The notes: generated by a model from the sequence alone, not told the origin. Positions 22,210 to 31,975 are shown, counted from the first letter of the stretch. The stretch: DNA of 64,000 nucleotides from Dehalococcoidia bacterium (GCA_011170285.1 DUEE01000002.1:64253-128252); one strand, 5' to 3'. Translations and numbers: made by a program.

Positions 22210-22668
22210 ATGAGCAAATTCACCGACATACTGGAAGTATCCCCTCTCGCCGATGGTAAAACATGGGTTCTTCGAAAAGGGTTTGGATATGATATTGGTA
22301 AAGAAGGCAGTGGCGATTCAGTTGATGTGCCTCCGAAATTCATGACTGATTTTGCCAGTGTACCCAGGCTCTTTCGAATACTTGTTTCAAAATGGGGAAA
22401 ACATGGAAACGCTACGGTAATTCACGACTATTGCTATTGGACACAGGAGCGTTGCCGAAAGGAGTCAGACGAGATATTCCGAGAAGCTATGGAAGTTTTT
22501 GGTGTACCGGCTTGGAAAGTCTTTCTTATTTACTGGGCTGTCAGACTGTGTGGCTGGGGTGCCTGGCGGGGAAATATAAGAAAAAAGCAGGCAGGCTGGA
22601 ATAGGGTGGCGGCTAGATTTCCGACGAAAGCTACTGATACGCCCGATTCACTTCAGAGCGAACAGTAA
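22210..22668 (+). CDS. DUF1353-like protein
   Basis: The motifs VPPKFMTDFASVPR...HDYCYW are characteristic. ATG at 22210 is preferred because it follows GGAAGGAG; the track ORF starts at 22165. Confidence 0.7.
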   Translation: MSKFTDILEVSPLADGKTWVLRKGFGYDIGKEGSGDSVDVPPKFMTDFASVPRLFRILVSKWGKHGNATVIHDYCYWTQERCRKESDEIFREAMEVFGVPAWKVFLIYWAVRLCGWGAWRGNIRKKQAGWNRVAARFPTKATDTPDSLQSEQ

Positions 22669-22853
22669 CACACGCTCAGTTCTAATTTTATAGTTGCATT
22701 CCGTACGACAGGGGTTCATTGCCTATTCTACAACATTGACAACCACACTATTGGGGCTTAGCATAAAACCACACTAGCCAATATCAGGAATTTTAGCTCA
22801 TTGTAAGAAGGCAGCCAATATCAGCCAGTAACCGATATTATCTAGCGAAACGA

Positions 22854-23192
22854 ATGCGATGGACAGCACGAGTAATCGAGTCAATTGCCGCCGTATTCTT
22901 TGTAGGCATGTTGATTGCTTCAGCTGTGTCTGAAGGTATCGAACCAATAACTACAGAAAGCAGCACACTGGTCTTACTTAGAGCACTTGCGGCAGCCAGT
23001 TGTATTGCATCCTGGTGGCGAGATATAACTGCTGGTACACTTCTGGTTTTAACCTCTATCGGATTGGGTATACATATAGGGTATTTCGCTGGGTACAATC
23101 ATGTCGTGGCTTGGTCAATAATCGGTTTGCCTTATCTGGTTGCTGGTATAATAATCCTCAGCTCTTGGCGGCTTTCAAGGAGGGCTCTCTAA
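22854..23192 (+). CDS. Hypothetical 4-TM membrane protein
   Basis: 112 aa and strongly hydrophobic. The antisense ORF 22838-23098 is judged spurious. Confidence 0.5.
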   Translation: MRWTARVIESIAAVFFVGMLIASAVSEGIEPITTESSTLVLLRALAAASCIASWWRDITAGTLLVLTSIGLGIHIGYFAGYNHVVAWSIIGLPYLVAGIIILSSWRLSRRAL

Positions 23193-23410
23193 TACACCTA
23201 TCTAGTAATTCCTCCAGATGATTTATTCTTTACACCTCGTGCTGTTTGGGATTATTGTAACTTTTCGTACTTCCTCTATTTGGCAGTGCTCTACAACCTT
23301 ATGTGAATGATAAAGAAATGATTTATATCCACTTAGTTGACAGCCAATAAACAGAGTAATAAACTATTTAAAGTAGCTGGCTTGGGAATATTTTACCATT
23401 AAGAGAAATA

Positions 23411-23593
23411 GTGGCTGACGAAAAACACAAATCCGATAAAGCTGGCTTAGGTAGTTTTATATTTGTTGGGTGTCTTATCATTGGCTTAGGCGTTGGTATA
23501 GGTTTTAATCTTACGCCAGCAGCACTTTTCATTGGCTTCGGTGTAGGTTTTATCGCTATGGGAATATGCCGTTATAAGACTGGCAAATGGTAA
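23411..23593 (+). CDS. Hypothetical small 2-TM membrane protein
   Basis: 60 aa with a GTG start and Gly-rich TM helices. Confidence 0.45.
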   Translation: MADEKHKSDKAGLGSFIFVGCLIIGLGVGIGFNLTPAALFIGFGVGFIAMGICRYKTGKW

Positions 23594-23895
23594 GTGATCC
23601 TCTATATAATTTACTCCTTATCCAGCAATCTATTCTTCACGCCTCGTGCTGTTTAGTATTTTTTAGGTTTTCCGTTCCTTCTGGTTGAGAGTGTTGTATA
23701 ATAACCAAGGCAATAAGTTTCTAGGAGACACTAACACAGAGTTTTACAGTATACTAGTAGAGAACATTACTCCAGACGAAATCAAATTGCGAGTATGATA
23801 AGAATTAGTTAACACCTAAGTTATCAAATAGATTAAATTTTACCACTGCTTTGACACCTGGCGAGTGGGGTATTAGTATAGCCATAGTAGTTGAT

Positions 23896-24123
23896 ATGGG
23901 AATTTCGAATTCAGACTTCGTGGTAATTGATAAAGTGCAGGGTGAATTAACTGCTAATATTATTAAGTCTCATTTGGAAAGTGAAGGAATCCCTGTTCTA
24001 TTGCAGTACGAAAGTGCCGGTGCAATATTTGGACTGACTCTGGATGGTCTAGGAGAAGTGAGAGTATTGGTACCACAGGACCTTGTTGAAGAAGCAAAGC
24101 ACATAATTAAGCTAAGCGAGTAA
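23896..24123 (+). CDS. DUF2007-like small protein
   Basis: Contains ...VIDKVQGELTANIIKSHLESEGIPV...VLVPQDLVEEAKHII. ATG 23896 is preferred; the track starts at 23851 (TTG). Confidence 0.55.
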   Translation: MGISNSDFVVIDKVQGELTANIIKSHLESEGIPVLLQYESAGAIFGLTLDGLGEVRVLVPQDLVEEAKHIIKLSE

Positions 24124-24316
24124 TCTTTACCTTCACTACCCAACTAACTATAATTTTGTGTCTAATGTGTACATATTATGAACAGAACACATTTCCTCTG
24201 ACTTGAAAGCAAAAACACCGAAGACATTTCTAACCTTCAGCAGTTTTACCATCAACTCTAATTTTATAATATCATTCCGCAGGCACACTTGTTTATGATA
24301 TAGTATAAAATTAATT

Positions 24317-25837
24317 ATGCTAGCTAAGGTAATAAGCTGCGCCATCGTAGGCTTAGACGGGGCTATCGTTGAAGTTGAGGTAGATATATCGCCTGGTCTA
24401 CCCTCTTTTACTATCGTTGGCTTACCTGACACCGCCGTCCAGGAGGCAAGAGAGCGAGTTCGAGCCGCTATCAGAAACTCCGCTTGCTCTTTCCCAATGA
24501 GGCGTATTGTTGTTAATCTTGCCCCGGCTAATCTAAAGAAAGCCGGTCCAGCTTATGATTTACCTATCGCCGTTGGTATCCTTCTCAGCTCAGAGCAAGT
24601 ATATGCTGATGTTTCTCAAACCGTCCTCCTCGGTGAGCTGTCCCTGGATGGCAGTTTACGCCACACCAATGGTATCCTGCCTATGATTGCTTTGGCTCAT
24701 GAGGAAGGGTTATCCACCACTATTGTGCCTGATACCGATGCTAAAGAGGCATCTTTAATAGAAGGTGCTAAAATCATTCCCATCACTTCATTATCCCAGT
24801 TAGTTAGCTATTTTCGGGGAGAAATACCAGCCCCAGAATACAAACCCGAAGAGGTTGAGGAATACATCCCTCCTACCACCTCAACCACTGACCTCGCCTA
24901 TGTTAAAGGGCAAGAGCATGTCAAGCGAGCCTTAGAGGTAGCTGCCGCTGGAGGGCATAATGTAATAATGATGGGACCCCCCGGAAGTGGTAAAACACTA
25001 TTGGCACGCTCATTACCGTCAATACTACCGCCAATGACCACTGAGGAAGCCCTGGAGGTTACCAAGATTTATAGTGTGAGCGGTCTATTACCATCGGATA
25101 CCCCTCTGATTAAACGAAGACCCTTCCGCTCCCCCCACTACTCTATTTCAAATGCGGGGCTGGTAGGTGGCGGTCATTGGCCAAGACCTGGTGAAATAAG
25201 CCTTAGCCATCGGGGGGTTCTCTTCCTTGATGAACTCCCCGAATTTGGACATGCCGTGCTTGAGCTACTGCGCCAGCCCCTGGAAGATAAAGTAATCACT
25301 ATTAGTCGGGCTCAAGGTAGTGTAACCTTCCCTGCAAACTTTATGCTGGTCGGGGCAATGAACCCCTGCCCCTGCGGTTACTATGGTGACCCTTTCCGAC
25401 AATGCACCTGCCCTCCCAGTCTGGTTTCCCGATACCAAAAACGTATCAGCGGACCATTTCTTGACCGGGTTGATATATTCACTGAAGTGCCCCATATTGA
25501 CTACGAGAAGTTGGCTGATAACAGGCTAGGCGAACTTTCAGAAAGAGTTCAAACCCGGGTTGAAGCTGCCCGCACCACACAACGTCAACGCTTCCAAGGA
25601 ACAAATCTAGCCTGTAATGCTGAAATGACGCCAACGGAAGTAAGAGAGTTTTGTCAAGTTGAAGAATCAGCCCAAAGCCTGCTCAAGGCAGCAATGAAGC
25701 AACTCTACCTTTCCGCCCGCGCCTTCCACCGCATACTCAAAATAGCTCGCACTATCGCCGACCTGGAAAATACCGATATAATCAAAGCCCATCACCTGGC
25801 TGAAGCCATCCAGTACAGACCCAGAAGCCTGGTGTAA
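24317..25837 (+). CDS. comM: YifB/ComM family Mg-chelatase-like ATPase
   Basis: 506 aa with an N-terminal Lon-like domain, Walker A GPPGSGKT, a Cys cluster NPCPCGY and a C-terminal ChlI-like helix. Confidence 0.93.
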   Translation: MLAKVISCAIVGLDGAIVEVEVDISPGLPSFTIVGLPDTAVQEARERVRAAIRNSACSFPMRRIVVNLAPANLKKAGPAYDLPIAVGILLSSEQVYADVSQTVLLGELSLDGSLRHTNGILPMIALAHEEGLSTTIVPDTDAKEASLIEGAKIIPITSLSQLVSYFRGEIPAPEYKPEEVEEYIPPTTSTTDLAYVKGQEHVKRALEVAAAGGHNVIMMGPPGSGKTLLARSLPSILPPMTTEEALEVTKIYSVSGLLPSDTPLIKRRPFRSPHYSISNAGLVGGGHWPRPGEISLSHRGVLFLDELPEFGHAVLELLRQPLEDKVITISRAQGSVTFPANFMLVGAMNPCPCGYYGDPFRQCTCPPSLVSRYQKRISGPFLDRVDIFTEVPHIDYEKLADNRLGELSERVQTRVEAARTTQRQRFQGTNLACNAEMTPTEVREFCQVEESAQSLLKAAMKQLYLSARAFHRILKIARTIADLENTDIIKAHHLAEAIQYRPRSLV

Positions 25838-25878
25838 TTCAGACAAATAATATCGATAGATAATAAAATAAGCTCAAA

Positions 25879-26151
25879 ATGGAGGTATCAACCTTGCTTT
25901 TAGGAGAATGGCTTGGCTTTGTAGGTGGAGCACTTGTCACCTGTAGTCTTATTCCGCAGCTCATTCGTATTTTTAAACTTAAAAGCGCCCACGAAATAAG
26001 CCTGCTCTTTAACACCTTACTTTTGCTAGGTATTATCAGTTGGTTAGCTTACGGTATTTCTTTTGGGCTTCCCCCGGTCATCATCTGGAACGCAATTGGC
26101 ACAGCTCTTGTCTCTGTGCTTCTCTATGCCAAATTAAAGTATGGAAGATAG
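25879..26151 (+). CDS. SemiSWEET / PQ-loop family transporter
   Basis: 90 aa with 3 TM helices and the PQ motif SLIPQLIRIFK. An alternative TTG start at 25894 lies behind GGAGGT. Confidence 0.8.
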   Translation: MEVSTLLLGEWLGFVGGALVTCSLIPQLIRIFKLKSAHEISLLFNTLLLLGIISWLAYGISFGLPPVIIWNAIGTALVSVLLYAKLKYGR

Positions 26152-26204
26152 GGAGAGAAGCTTCACCACATCTGCCAGTCTCCGCCTAGTATGGATAAAC
26201 AATC

Positions 26205-26462
26205 TTAGCCCCAAAGCCAGAAGGCGCCACCCATAACCGCCATAAGCAAGCCGATAATAATTGCAATCCGACCGCCTATTTTTAATGCCCCAGGTTCAGG
26301 ACGTTCTGGCAAATGCTCTAAGAACTCTCTCGCATCATGATGAGTTGAAATCGAGTTATAATAGCCCTTCTCCTCTCTTTTACCCCAGAAGATTGTGGCT
26401 AGACCAAGAATGACAAACAAGCCACCCATGCCCATCAATATATAGCAATCTCTTTGAGGCAC
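26205..26462 (-). CDS. Hypothetical 2-TM membrane protein
   Basis: 85 aa with two hydrophobic helices flanking a charged loop. Confidence 0.5.
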   Translation of the reverse strand: MPQRDCYILMGMGGLFVILGLATIFWGKREEKGYYNSISTHHDAREFLEHLPERPEPGALKIGGRIAIIIGLLMAVMGGAFWLWG

Positions 26463-26554
26463 TTTCTACCTTCTCTGTAGGAGTGCTATCCGTGATAACT
26501 ATATGGTTTTTTGGCGCCGTTTTCAACCTGCCAATTAAATCGCCCATACAGGTA

Positions 26555-27070
26555 TCATTTAACTTCAACAGTAGCCCCAGCCGCTTCCATTTTCTGTTTC
26601 ATGGTAGCTGCCTCGTCCTTATTAACCCCTTCCTTCACTGGTGTCGGAGCACTCTCCACCAAATCCTTAGATTCCTTCAGCCCCAGTGTAGTTACCTCGC
26701 GTACCGCCTTAATCACACTAATCTTATTAGGCCCTATATCCTTAAGAATCACGGTGAATTCTGTTTGCTCTTCGGCTTCAGGAGCTGCGGCTTCGGTCGG
26801 CGCCGCCGTAGTTGCTGTCACTGCCGCCTGAGCCACGGCACTAACCCCAAATTCAGCCTGTAAAGCTTTTACCAGCTCTGACAGTTCAAGCACCGTCATA
26901 TTTTTTATACTAGCCATTATCTCATCAATGGCTGTTGCCTTTTTCCCTTTCTCTGCTGTGGCTTTTACTTTCTTTGGCTTTTTCACTTCTTCTGGCGCTG
27001 GTGTTTGCTGTTCGTCATTAGCTACTTCTTCACCAGTCTCTTGTACGATTTCTACTTCATTTTCTGGCAT
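26555..27070 (-). CDS. rplL: 50S ribosomal protein L7/L12 with an N-terminal charged extension
   Basis: The core [29 protein letters not shown]...C-terminal domain is canonical. The ORF is 171 aa, compared with about 125 aa as I recall for canonical L7/L12. ATG lies 1 nt after the rplJ stop, behind GGAGGGAG. Confidence 0.9.
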   Translation of the reverse strand: MPENEVEIVQETGEEVANDEQQTPAPEEVKKPKKVKATAEKGKKATAIDEIMASIKNMTVLELSELVKALQAEFGVSAVAQAAVTATTAAPTEAAAPEAEEQTEFTVILKDIGPNKISVIKAVREVTTLGLKESKDLVESAPTPVKEGVNKDEAATMKQKMEAAGATVEVK

Positions 27071-27071
27071 C

Positions 27072-27596
27072 TTATTCTCCCTCCAAATGTTGAATCCTAG
27101 CTTGTAGCGCTCCTATAACGCCCTTTATAGGGATAGTGAGATAGTTAACTAACATAACGATAGGGCTTTGCATCTCACCCAGAACCCTAGCTAGCAATAT
27201 CTCTCTTGACGGCAATAACGACAGAGTTTCCACCTCTGCTAAAGTGAGTAGTCTATCACCCAAAAAGCCTCCCTTAATACTTAAGCCGGCTTTGGAGTTG
27301 CGAATATAGTCAGTCAATACTCTAGCTGGCTCAGTAATATCACCATAACCAAAGGCAATAGCTACTGGACCTTCAAGGAGGCTAACCAATTCATCCTTGC
27401 CGACTCTTTCCGCAGCAAATCGAGCCAGGGTATTCTTCACCACTTTATAACCAATACCTGACTCCCTCAGTCTACGGCGTAAAACATTCATTTCTGAAGC
27501 TGACAATCCACGATAGTCGGTTAAAATACCGATGTTACATTTGGAAAGATCCCCCTGTAAACTATCAATAATCTGTGCTTTATTATCTCTAGACAT
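27072..27596 (-). CDS. rplJ: 50S ribosomal protein L10
   Basis: 174 aa with a conserved L10 fold pattern, directly upstream of rplL. Confidence 0.93.
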   Translation of the reverse strand: MSRDNKAQIIDSLQGDLSKCNIGILTDYRGLSASEMNVLRRRLRESGIGYKVVKNTLARFAAERVGKDELVSLLEGPVAIAFGYGDITEPARVLTDYIRNSKAGLSIKGGFLGDRLLTLAEVETLSLLPSREILLARVLGEMQSPIVMLVNYLTIPIKGVIGALQARIQHLEGE

Positions 27597-27775
27597 CTTC
27601 CTTGGCTCCTAACCAGCACTGATAAGTATCTATTTAAAAACAAGCCCTTATGCCTACCGCACAAGGACTTATCAAAATCTCATTAGTCCAAGATTTTGTC
27701 GACCTCGGCAGGCACACTATTTTAAGCCTAAATCGGCACCCGCTATCTTAGGACGATTACTAAATTACCATACAA
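27597..27775 (-). promoter_or_regulatory. Possible L10 (rplJ) autoregulatory leader
   Basis: A 179-nt untranslated gap separates rplA and rplJ, the position of L10 leaders in many bacteria. The structure was not verified. Confidence 0.3.
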
Positions 27776-28489
27776 TTAACTGGAAGTCAAAGACAGGGTT
27801 GGTATAAGGTCAAGCTTGATACTGGGTCCCATAGTAGTAGCTATAAAGGCAGTTCTCACATACTGTCCCTTGGCACCACTAGGTTTAGCCTTCACCACTG
27901 CCTCGACTACTGCTGTCAGGTTATCCATCAACTTATCAACTTCAAAACTAATCTTTCCCAAAGGTACATGAATGATAGCTGTCCTATCAAGCTTAAATTC
28001 TACTCGCCCTTTACTGGCATCACCTATTACTCTAGGCAACTCAGTAGCAGCCACCACAGTTCCTGATTTAGGGTTAGGCATCAATCCCCGCCTCCCCAAA
28101 ATTTTCCCTAGTTTACCTACCTTACCCATCATTTCAGGAGTAGCAATAGCCATATCGAAGTCCAACCAACCATCCCCAATCTTCTTAATCAACTCATCCC
28201 CACCAACAACATCTGCTCCGGCTGTTTTAGCAATCCTCTCATCTTCACCCTGAGCAAAAACCAGAACACGCACCTTCCTCCCCAACCCATGAGGCAAAAG
28301 AGCAACACCACGCACTTGCTGACTAGCATTTCTAGGGTCAACGCCCATCCGAAGGTGGAGCTCAACCGTCTCATCAAACCGGGCACGAGTCATCTTCTTA
28401 GCTAGCTCAATAGCCTCCCGAGGCTGATAATCCTCGGTCTTGTCCACCAGTTTAACTGCTTCTTGGTAGTTTTTTCCGTTTTTTACCAT
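27776..28489 (-). CDS. rplA: 50S ribosomal protein L1
   Basis: 237 aa with a typical L1 sequence (GLMPNPKSGTV). Confidence 0.95.
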   Translation of the reverse strand: MVKNGKNYQEAVKLVDKTEDYQPREAIELAKKMTRARFDETVELHLRMGVDPRNASQQVRGVALLPHGLGRKVRVLVFAQGEDERIAKTAGADVVGGDELIKKIGDGWLDFDMAIATPEMMGKVGKLGKILGRRGLMPNPKSGTVVAATELPRVIGDASKGRVEFKLDRTAIIHVPLGKISFEVDKLMDNLTAVVEAVVKAKPSGAKGQYVRTAFIATTMGPSIKLDLIPTLSLTSS

Positions 28490-28494
28490 TGTTC

Positions 28495-28917
28495 CTATCC
28501 TACTTCAATTCCCATACTTCGAGCTGTACCCTCAATAATTCGCTCTGCTCCCTCAATACTAGTAGCATTTAAGTCTTTAGCCTTCAACTCAGCTATCTCA
28601 CGAATTTTATTTCGGGATAAGTTCCCTACCTTTTCATGGCCGGAAGTGCTAGCCCCCTTTTCCACACCTACCGCCTTCTTCAGCAAATCAGTAGCTGGTG
28701 GCGTTTTAGTAATAAAATTAAATGACCTATCCTCATAGACAGTTATTTCCACTGGAATAATAGACCCAGCCTGAGCAGAAGTGCGCTCATTATACTCCTT
28801 ACAAAAGGACATAATGTTAATCCCGTGTTGTCCTAAAGCCGGACCTACTGGAGGCGCTGGATTTGCCTTTCCCGCTTCAATCTGTAGTTTAATCACTGTT
28901 CTAATCTTTTTCGCCAC
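28495..28917 (-). CDS. rplK: 50S ribosomal protein L11
   Basis: 140 aa with [24 protein letters not shown]. Confidence 0.95.
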   Translation of the reverse strand: MAKKIRTVIKLQIEAGKANPAPPVGPALGQHGINIMSFCKEYNERTSAQAGSIIPVEITVYEDRSFNFITKTPPATDLLKKAVGVEKGASTSGHEKVGNLSRNKIREIAELKAKDLNATSIEGAERIIEGTARSMGIEVG

Positions 28918-28947
28918 TCCTGCCTCCTAACCGAAAATTAAAAGTAT

Positions 28948-29493
28948 TCAGAGTTTTTCCACCTGCAAAAAGTCAAGTTCAACCGGTGTTTCACGCCCAA
29001 AAAGGAAGAGAAGCACCTTGACTTTGCCCTTTGCTTCATTTATATCATCCACAACTCCTACAAAATCGATAAACGGACCATCAGTCACTCGTATACTCTG
29101 TCCCTTACGAAAGCCAACTTTGACCTTTGGGGCCTCATCCGACATCTGCTTCAAAATCTGATTAACCTCTTCCTCTGGCAGCGGACAAGGCTTATTCTCA
29201 CTGCCAACAAAACCAGTAACACCAGGAGTATTGCGCACTACAATCCAGCTTTGGTCACTCATCTTCATTTGAACCAGGACATAACCAGGTAATATCTTCC
29301 TGGTCACGCTGTACCTCTGCCCATTTTTAACCTGAACTTCCTCCTCAGTAGGTATAACTATCTGAGAAATCTCACCTTCCGTATCCATAAACTTAATACG
29401 CTGCTCCAGATTTTTCTTAACTCGCTGTTCATATCCTGAGTAGGTATGAACTACAAACCAATGTTGCTGATTCTCCTCCACAGCTAACCTCAC
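28948..29493 (-). CDS. nusG: Transcription termination/antitermination factor NusG
   Basis: 181 aa with WFVVHTYSGYE (NGN) and a C-terminal KOW domain. Confidence 0.93.
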   Translation of the reverse strand: MRLAVEENQQHWFVVHTYSGYEQRVKKNLEQRIKFMDTEGEISQIVIPTEEEVQVKNGQRYSVTRKILPGYVLVQMKMSDQSWIVVRNTPGVTGFVGSENKPCPLPEEEVNQILKQMSDEAPKVKVGFRKGQSIRVTDGPFIDFVGVVDDINEAKGKVKVLLFLFGRETPVELDFLQVEKL

Positions 29494-29550
29494 TCAGCTA
29501 AAGCCTATTTAAAGCTATCTCTCCCGTCAGTGTAAAAGTCACCCGGGCTT

Positions 29551-29763
29551 TTATCTACCCAGTAAAAGCTTATCAATGAGGCGACTAAAGCCATAATCCG
29601 TTGCTCCCAGAATTACGCTCGCAGTAATGGTAATAACCAGTACTAGAAATGTTAAATAAATAGCTTCTCTTCGGGTAAGCCAAACTACCTTCCTCAACTC
29701 ACCTATAGTTTCGCCAATAAATCTAAATCTTGAACGCTTTGGATTAGCAACACGATGTGGCAT
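29551..29763 (-). CDS. secE: Preprotein translocase subunit SecE
   Basis: 70 aa with ELRKVVW followed by a single TM helix. Lies between rpmG and nusG. Confidence 0.8.
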   Translation of the reverse strand: MPHRVANPKRSRFRFIGETIGELRKVVWLTRREAIYLTFLVLVITITASVILGATDYGFSRLIDKLLLGR

Positions 29764-29793
29764 AGAAGAAACCCCACCTACCCCCTGATAGCA

Positions 29794-29961
29794 CTACTTG
29801 ACCTCCTTATGGAGTCTGTGAGTGCGACAACGGGGACAATATTTTCTAACTTCTAATCGCTGGGGGTCATTTTTCCTATTCTTGGTAGTAGTATATGTCC
29901 TCTCCTTACACTCAGTGCAGGCAAGATGTATAATAACCCTGGCTTCAGCTTTCTTAGCCAT
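29794..29961 (-). CDS. rpmG: 50S ribosomal protein L33
   Basis: Hand translation gives [55 protein letters not shown] (55 aa, two CxxC pairs). It is below the ORF-track size cutoff and ends with TAG. Confidence 0.9.
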   Translation of the reverse strand: MAKKAEARVIIHLACTECKERTYTTTKNRKNDPQRLEVRKYCPRCRTHRLHKEVK

Positions 29962-29963
29962 AT

Positions 29964-31166
29964 CTACTCTATGATGCCGGTAATGGTACCAGCACCTACT
30001 GTTTTACCCCCCTCCCGAATAGCAAATCGTAGACCTTTCTCTAAAGCTACTGGATAGATAAGTTTTATTTTCATCTTTATATTATCACCGGGCATAACCA
30101 TCTCCACCCCTTCTGGAAGCTCAATGCTTCCAGTAACATCTGTGGTCCTAATATAAAATTGAGGCTTATACCCGTTAAAGAAAGGAGTATGCCTGCCTCC
30201 CTCCTCTTTGCTCAAAACATACACCTGACCTTCAGCATAGGTATGCGGTTTAATTGAACCCGGGGCAGCCAGTACCTGCCCCCGCTCCACCTCTTCTCGG
30301 TCTATACCCCTAAGCAATATACCAACGGCATCTCCCGGCTCAGCCTCATCTAGGATCTTATGAAACATTTCCAGACTGGTAGCTACCGTCCTGTGGGGCT
30401 CATGATGTAAGCCAACAATCTCAATTTCCTCCCCAGGCTTAATTACTCCCCTCTCTACCCTTCCTGTGGGCACGGTACCCCGCCCCTTGATGCTAAACAC
30501 ATCTTCCACTGACATCAAGAAGGGCTGGTCTTTAGGTCGGACCGGAATGGGAATATAGCTATCTATTGCATCCATTAGATTCCAGATAGCACCACACCAC
30601 TGGCATTCCCGTTTACCACAACCACACTCGCCAGCTTTGAGACTACTCGCCCTTACTATTGGTACCTCATCACCAGGGAAACCATACTTACTAAGCAGTT
30701 CCCTCATCTCCATCTCCACTAGTTCTAGAAGCTCTTCATCTTCCATCAGATCTACCTTATTCAGGCAAACGACAATGGCTGGAACCTCTACCTGGCGGGC
30801 TAACAGAAGATGTTCTCTGGTCTGGGGCATAGGACCATCCGGAGCACTAACCACCAATATAGCCCCATCCATTTGAGCCGCCCCAGTTATCATATTCTTA
30901 ATATAGTCAGCGTGCCCCGGGCAATCAATATGAGCATAGTGCCGTTTTTCGGTTTCATACTCAATATGGGCAATAGCGATGGTTAATCCTCGTGATTTCT
31001 CTTCTGGTGCATTATCAATACTATCAAATGAGCGATACCCTGTGGAACCTACTGTTGCTAACACCTTGGTTATCGCTGAGGTTAATGTTGTTTTCCCGTG
31101 GTCAACATGACCGACAGTACCTACATTGCAATGTGGTTTAGTTCTCTCAAATTTCTTTTTAGCCAT
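29964..31166 (-). CDS. tuf: Elongation factor Tu
   Basis: 400 aa with [14 protein letters not shown] and NKVD. Carries an unusual [11 protein letters not shown] loop (see findings). Confidence 0.98.
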   Translation of the reverse strand: MAKKKFERTKPHCNVGTVGHVDHGKTTLTSAITKVLATVGSTGYRSFDSIDNAPEEKSRGLTIAIAHIEYETEKRHYAHIDCPGHADYIKNMITGAAQMDGAILVVSAPDGPMPQTREHLLLARQVEVPAIVVCLNKVDLMEDEELLELVEMEMRELLSKYGFPGDEVPIVRASSLKAGECGCGKRECQWCGAIWNLMDAIDSYIPIPVRPKDQPFLMSVEDVFSIKGRGTVPTGRVERGVIKPGEEIEIVGLHHEPHRTVATSLEMFHKILDEAEPGDAVGILLRGIDREEVERGQVLAAPGSIKPHTYAEGQVYVLSKEEGGRHTPFFNGYKPQFYIRTTDVTGSIELPEGVEMVMPGDNIKMKIKLIYPVALEKGLRFAIREGGKTVGAGTITGIIE

Positions 31167-31185
31167 TCTTAACCCCCTTTATTTA

Positions 31186-31258
31186 AGCCCACAACCAGAC
31201 TCGAACTGGTGACCCCGTTCTTACCAAGAACGTGCTCTACCTGCTGAGCTATGTGGGC
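31186..31258 (-). tRNA. tRNA-Thr (anticodon GGT)
   Basis: Reverse complement GCCCACATAGCTCAGCAGGTAGAGCACGTTCTTGGTAAGAACGGGGTCACCAGTTCGAGTCTGGTTGTGGGCT folds as a cloverleaf with anticodon loop TTGGTAA. Confidence 0.85.
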
Positions 31259-31319
31259 ACTAATCCCATTATATAAGTTATTAGACTATGCTGTCTAGTC
31301 CAACCATATACTTGAACTA

Positions 31320-31407
31320 TGGTGGAGGGGGTAGGATTCGAACCTACGTAGCCATTTCAGGCGGCAGATTTACAGTCTGCTCCGATTAACCACTCCGGCA
31401 CCCCTCC
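31320..31407 (-). tRNA. tRNA-Tyr (anticodon GTA), CCA encoded
   Basis: GGAGGGGTGCCGGAGTGG...GCAGACTGTAAATCTGC...long variable arm...GTAGGTTCGAATCCTACCCCCTCCACCA. Confidence 0.85.
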
Positions 31408-31428
31408 CGGTATCACCACTAAATACCC

Positions 31429-31501
31429 AGCCCGAGAGGGGATTCGAACCCACTAACCTACCGATTACAAGTCGGTTGCGCTACCATTGCGCTACTCGGG
31501 C
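31429..31501 (-). tRNA. tRNA-Thr (anticodon TGT)
   Basis: GCCCGAGTAGCGCAATGGTAGCGCAACCGACTTGTAATCGGTAGGTTAGTGGGTTCGAATCCCCTCTCGGGCT. My hand fold leaves one T-stem mismatch. Confidence 0.75.
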
Positions 31502-31577
31502 ATTAGCCTGCAAGATTTAATAGCCAGTACTTATTAGCGTGAACATTATAAAAATGAATGACATTAAAAGTCAAGAT

Positions 31578-31654
31578 TGGTAGCGCATACCGGATTCGAA
31601 CCGGTGATCTCCTCCTTGAGAGGGAGGTGTCCTCAACCCCTAGACGAATGCGCC
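31578..31654 (-). tRNA. tRNA-Glu (anticodon CTC), CCA encoded
   Basis: GGCGCATTCGTCTAGGGGTTGAGGACACCTCCCTCTCAAGGAGGAGATCACCGGTTCGAATCCGGTATGCGCTACCA, with a Glu-type D-arm (TTCGTCTAG..AGGACA). Confidence 0.8.
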
Positions 31655-31753
31655 ATTTAAAAAGCTTCAGTGATTACTTACTAAATGAGCTTAATAAAAT
31701 CGCCAACTATAATACCCTTACCACCTCTTCAAGTCAGGCTAAACTAGGCTAAT

Positions 31754-31975
31754 TCAGGGCAACTGTCTGCCCCTCACTAAAGTAATTCCTGTAGGAACAG
31801 GCACCCCTAATGACTGACGAGCTTCTACATGTGACTTGTTAGCATCTTTGACATTCTCCAAAACTTCCTCATAGGTTTCACCCTGCGTATAGCAACCTTG
31901 AAAAAGTGGAATAGATGCTATATTAAGCCCATCTTCATACTATCCCACTATCACCGTAAACCGATAATCGGGTAT
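31754..31975 (-). pseudogene. Decayed hicB-family antitoxin gene (no ATG/GTG/TTG start, in-frame TAG)
   Basis: Minus-strand frame reads IPDYRFTVIVG*YEDGLNIASIPLFQGCYTQGETYEEVLENVKDANKSHVEA..., a HicB/UPF0150 pattern. Confidence 0.55.

Noticed and set aside
26483-26863. Plus-strand ORFs of 126 aa and 106 aa (26511-26831)
   Set aside because: Both are antisense to rplL, whose identity is unambiguous.
31558-31752. 64-aa plus-strand ORF
   Set aside because: It is antisense to tRNA-Glu. The same applies to 32175-32420, which is antisense to tRNA-Gln.
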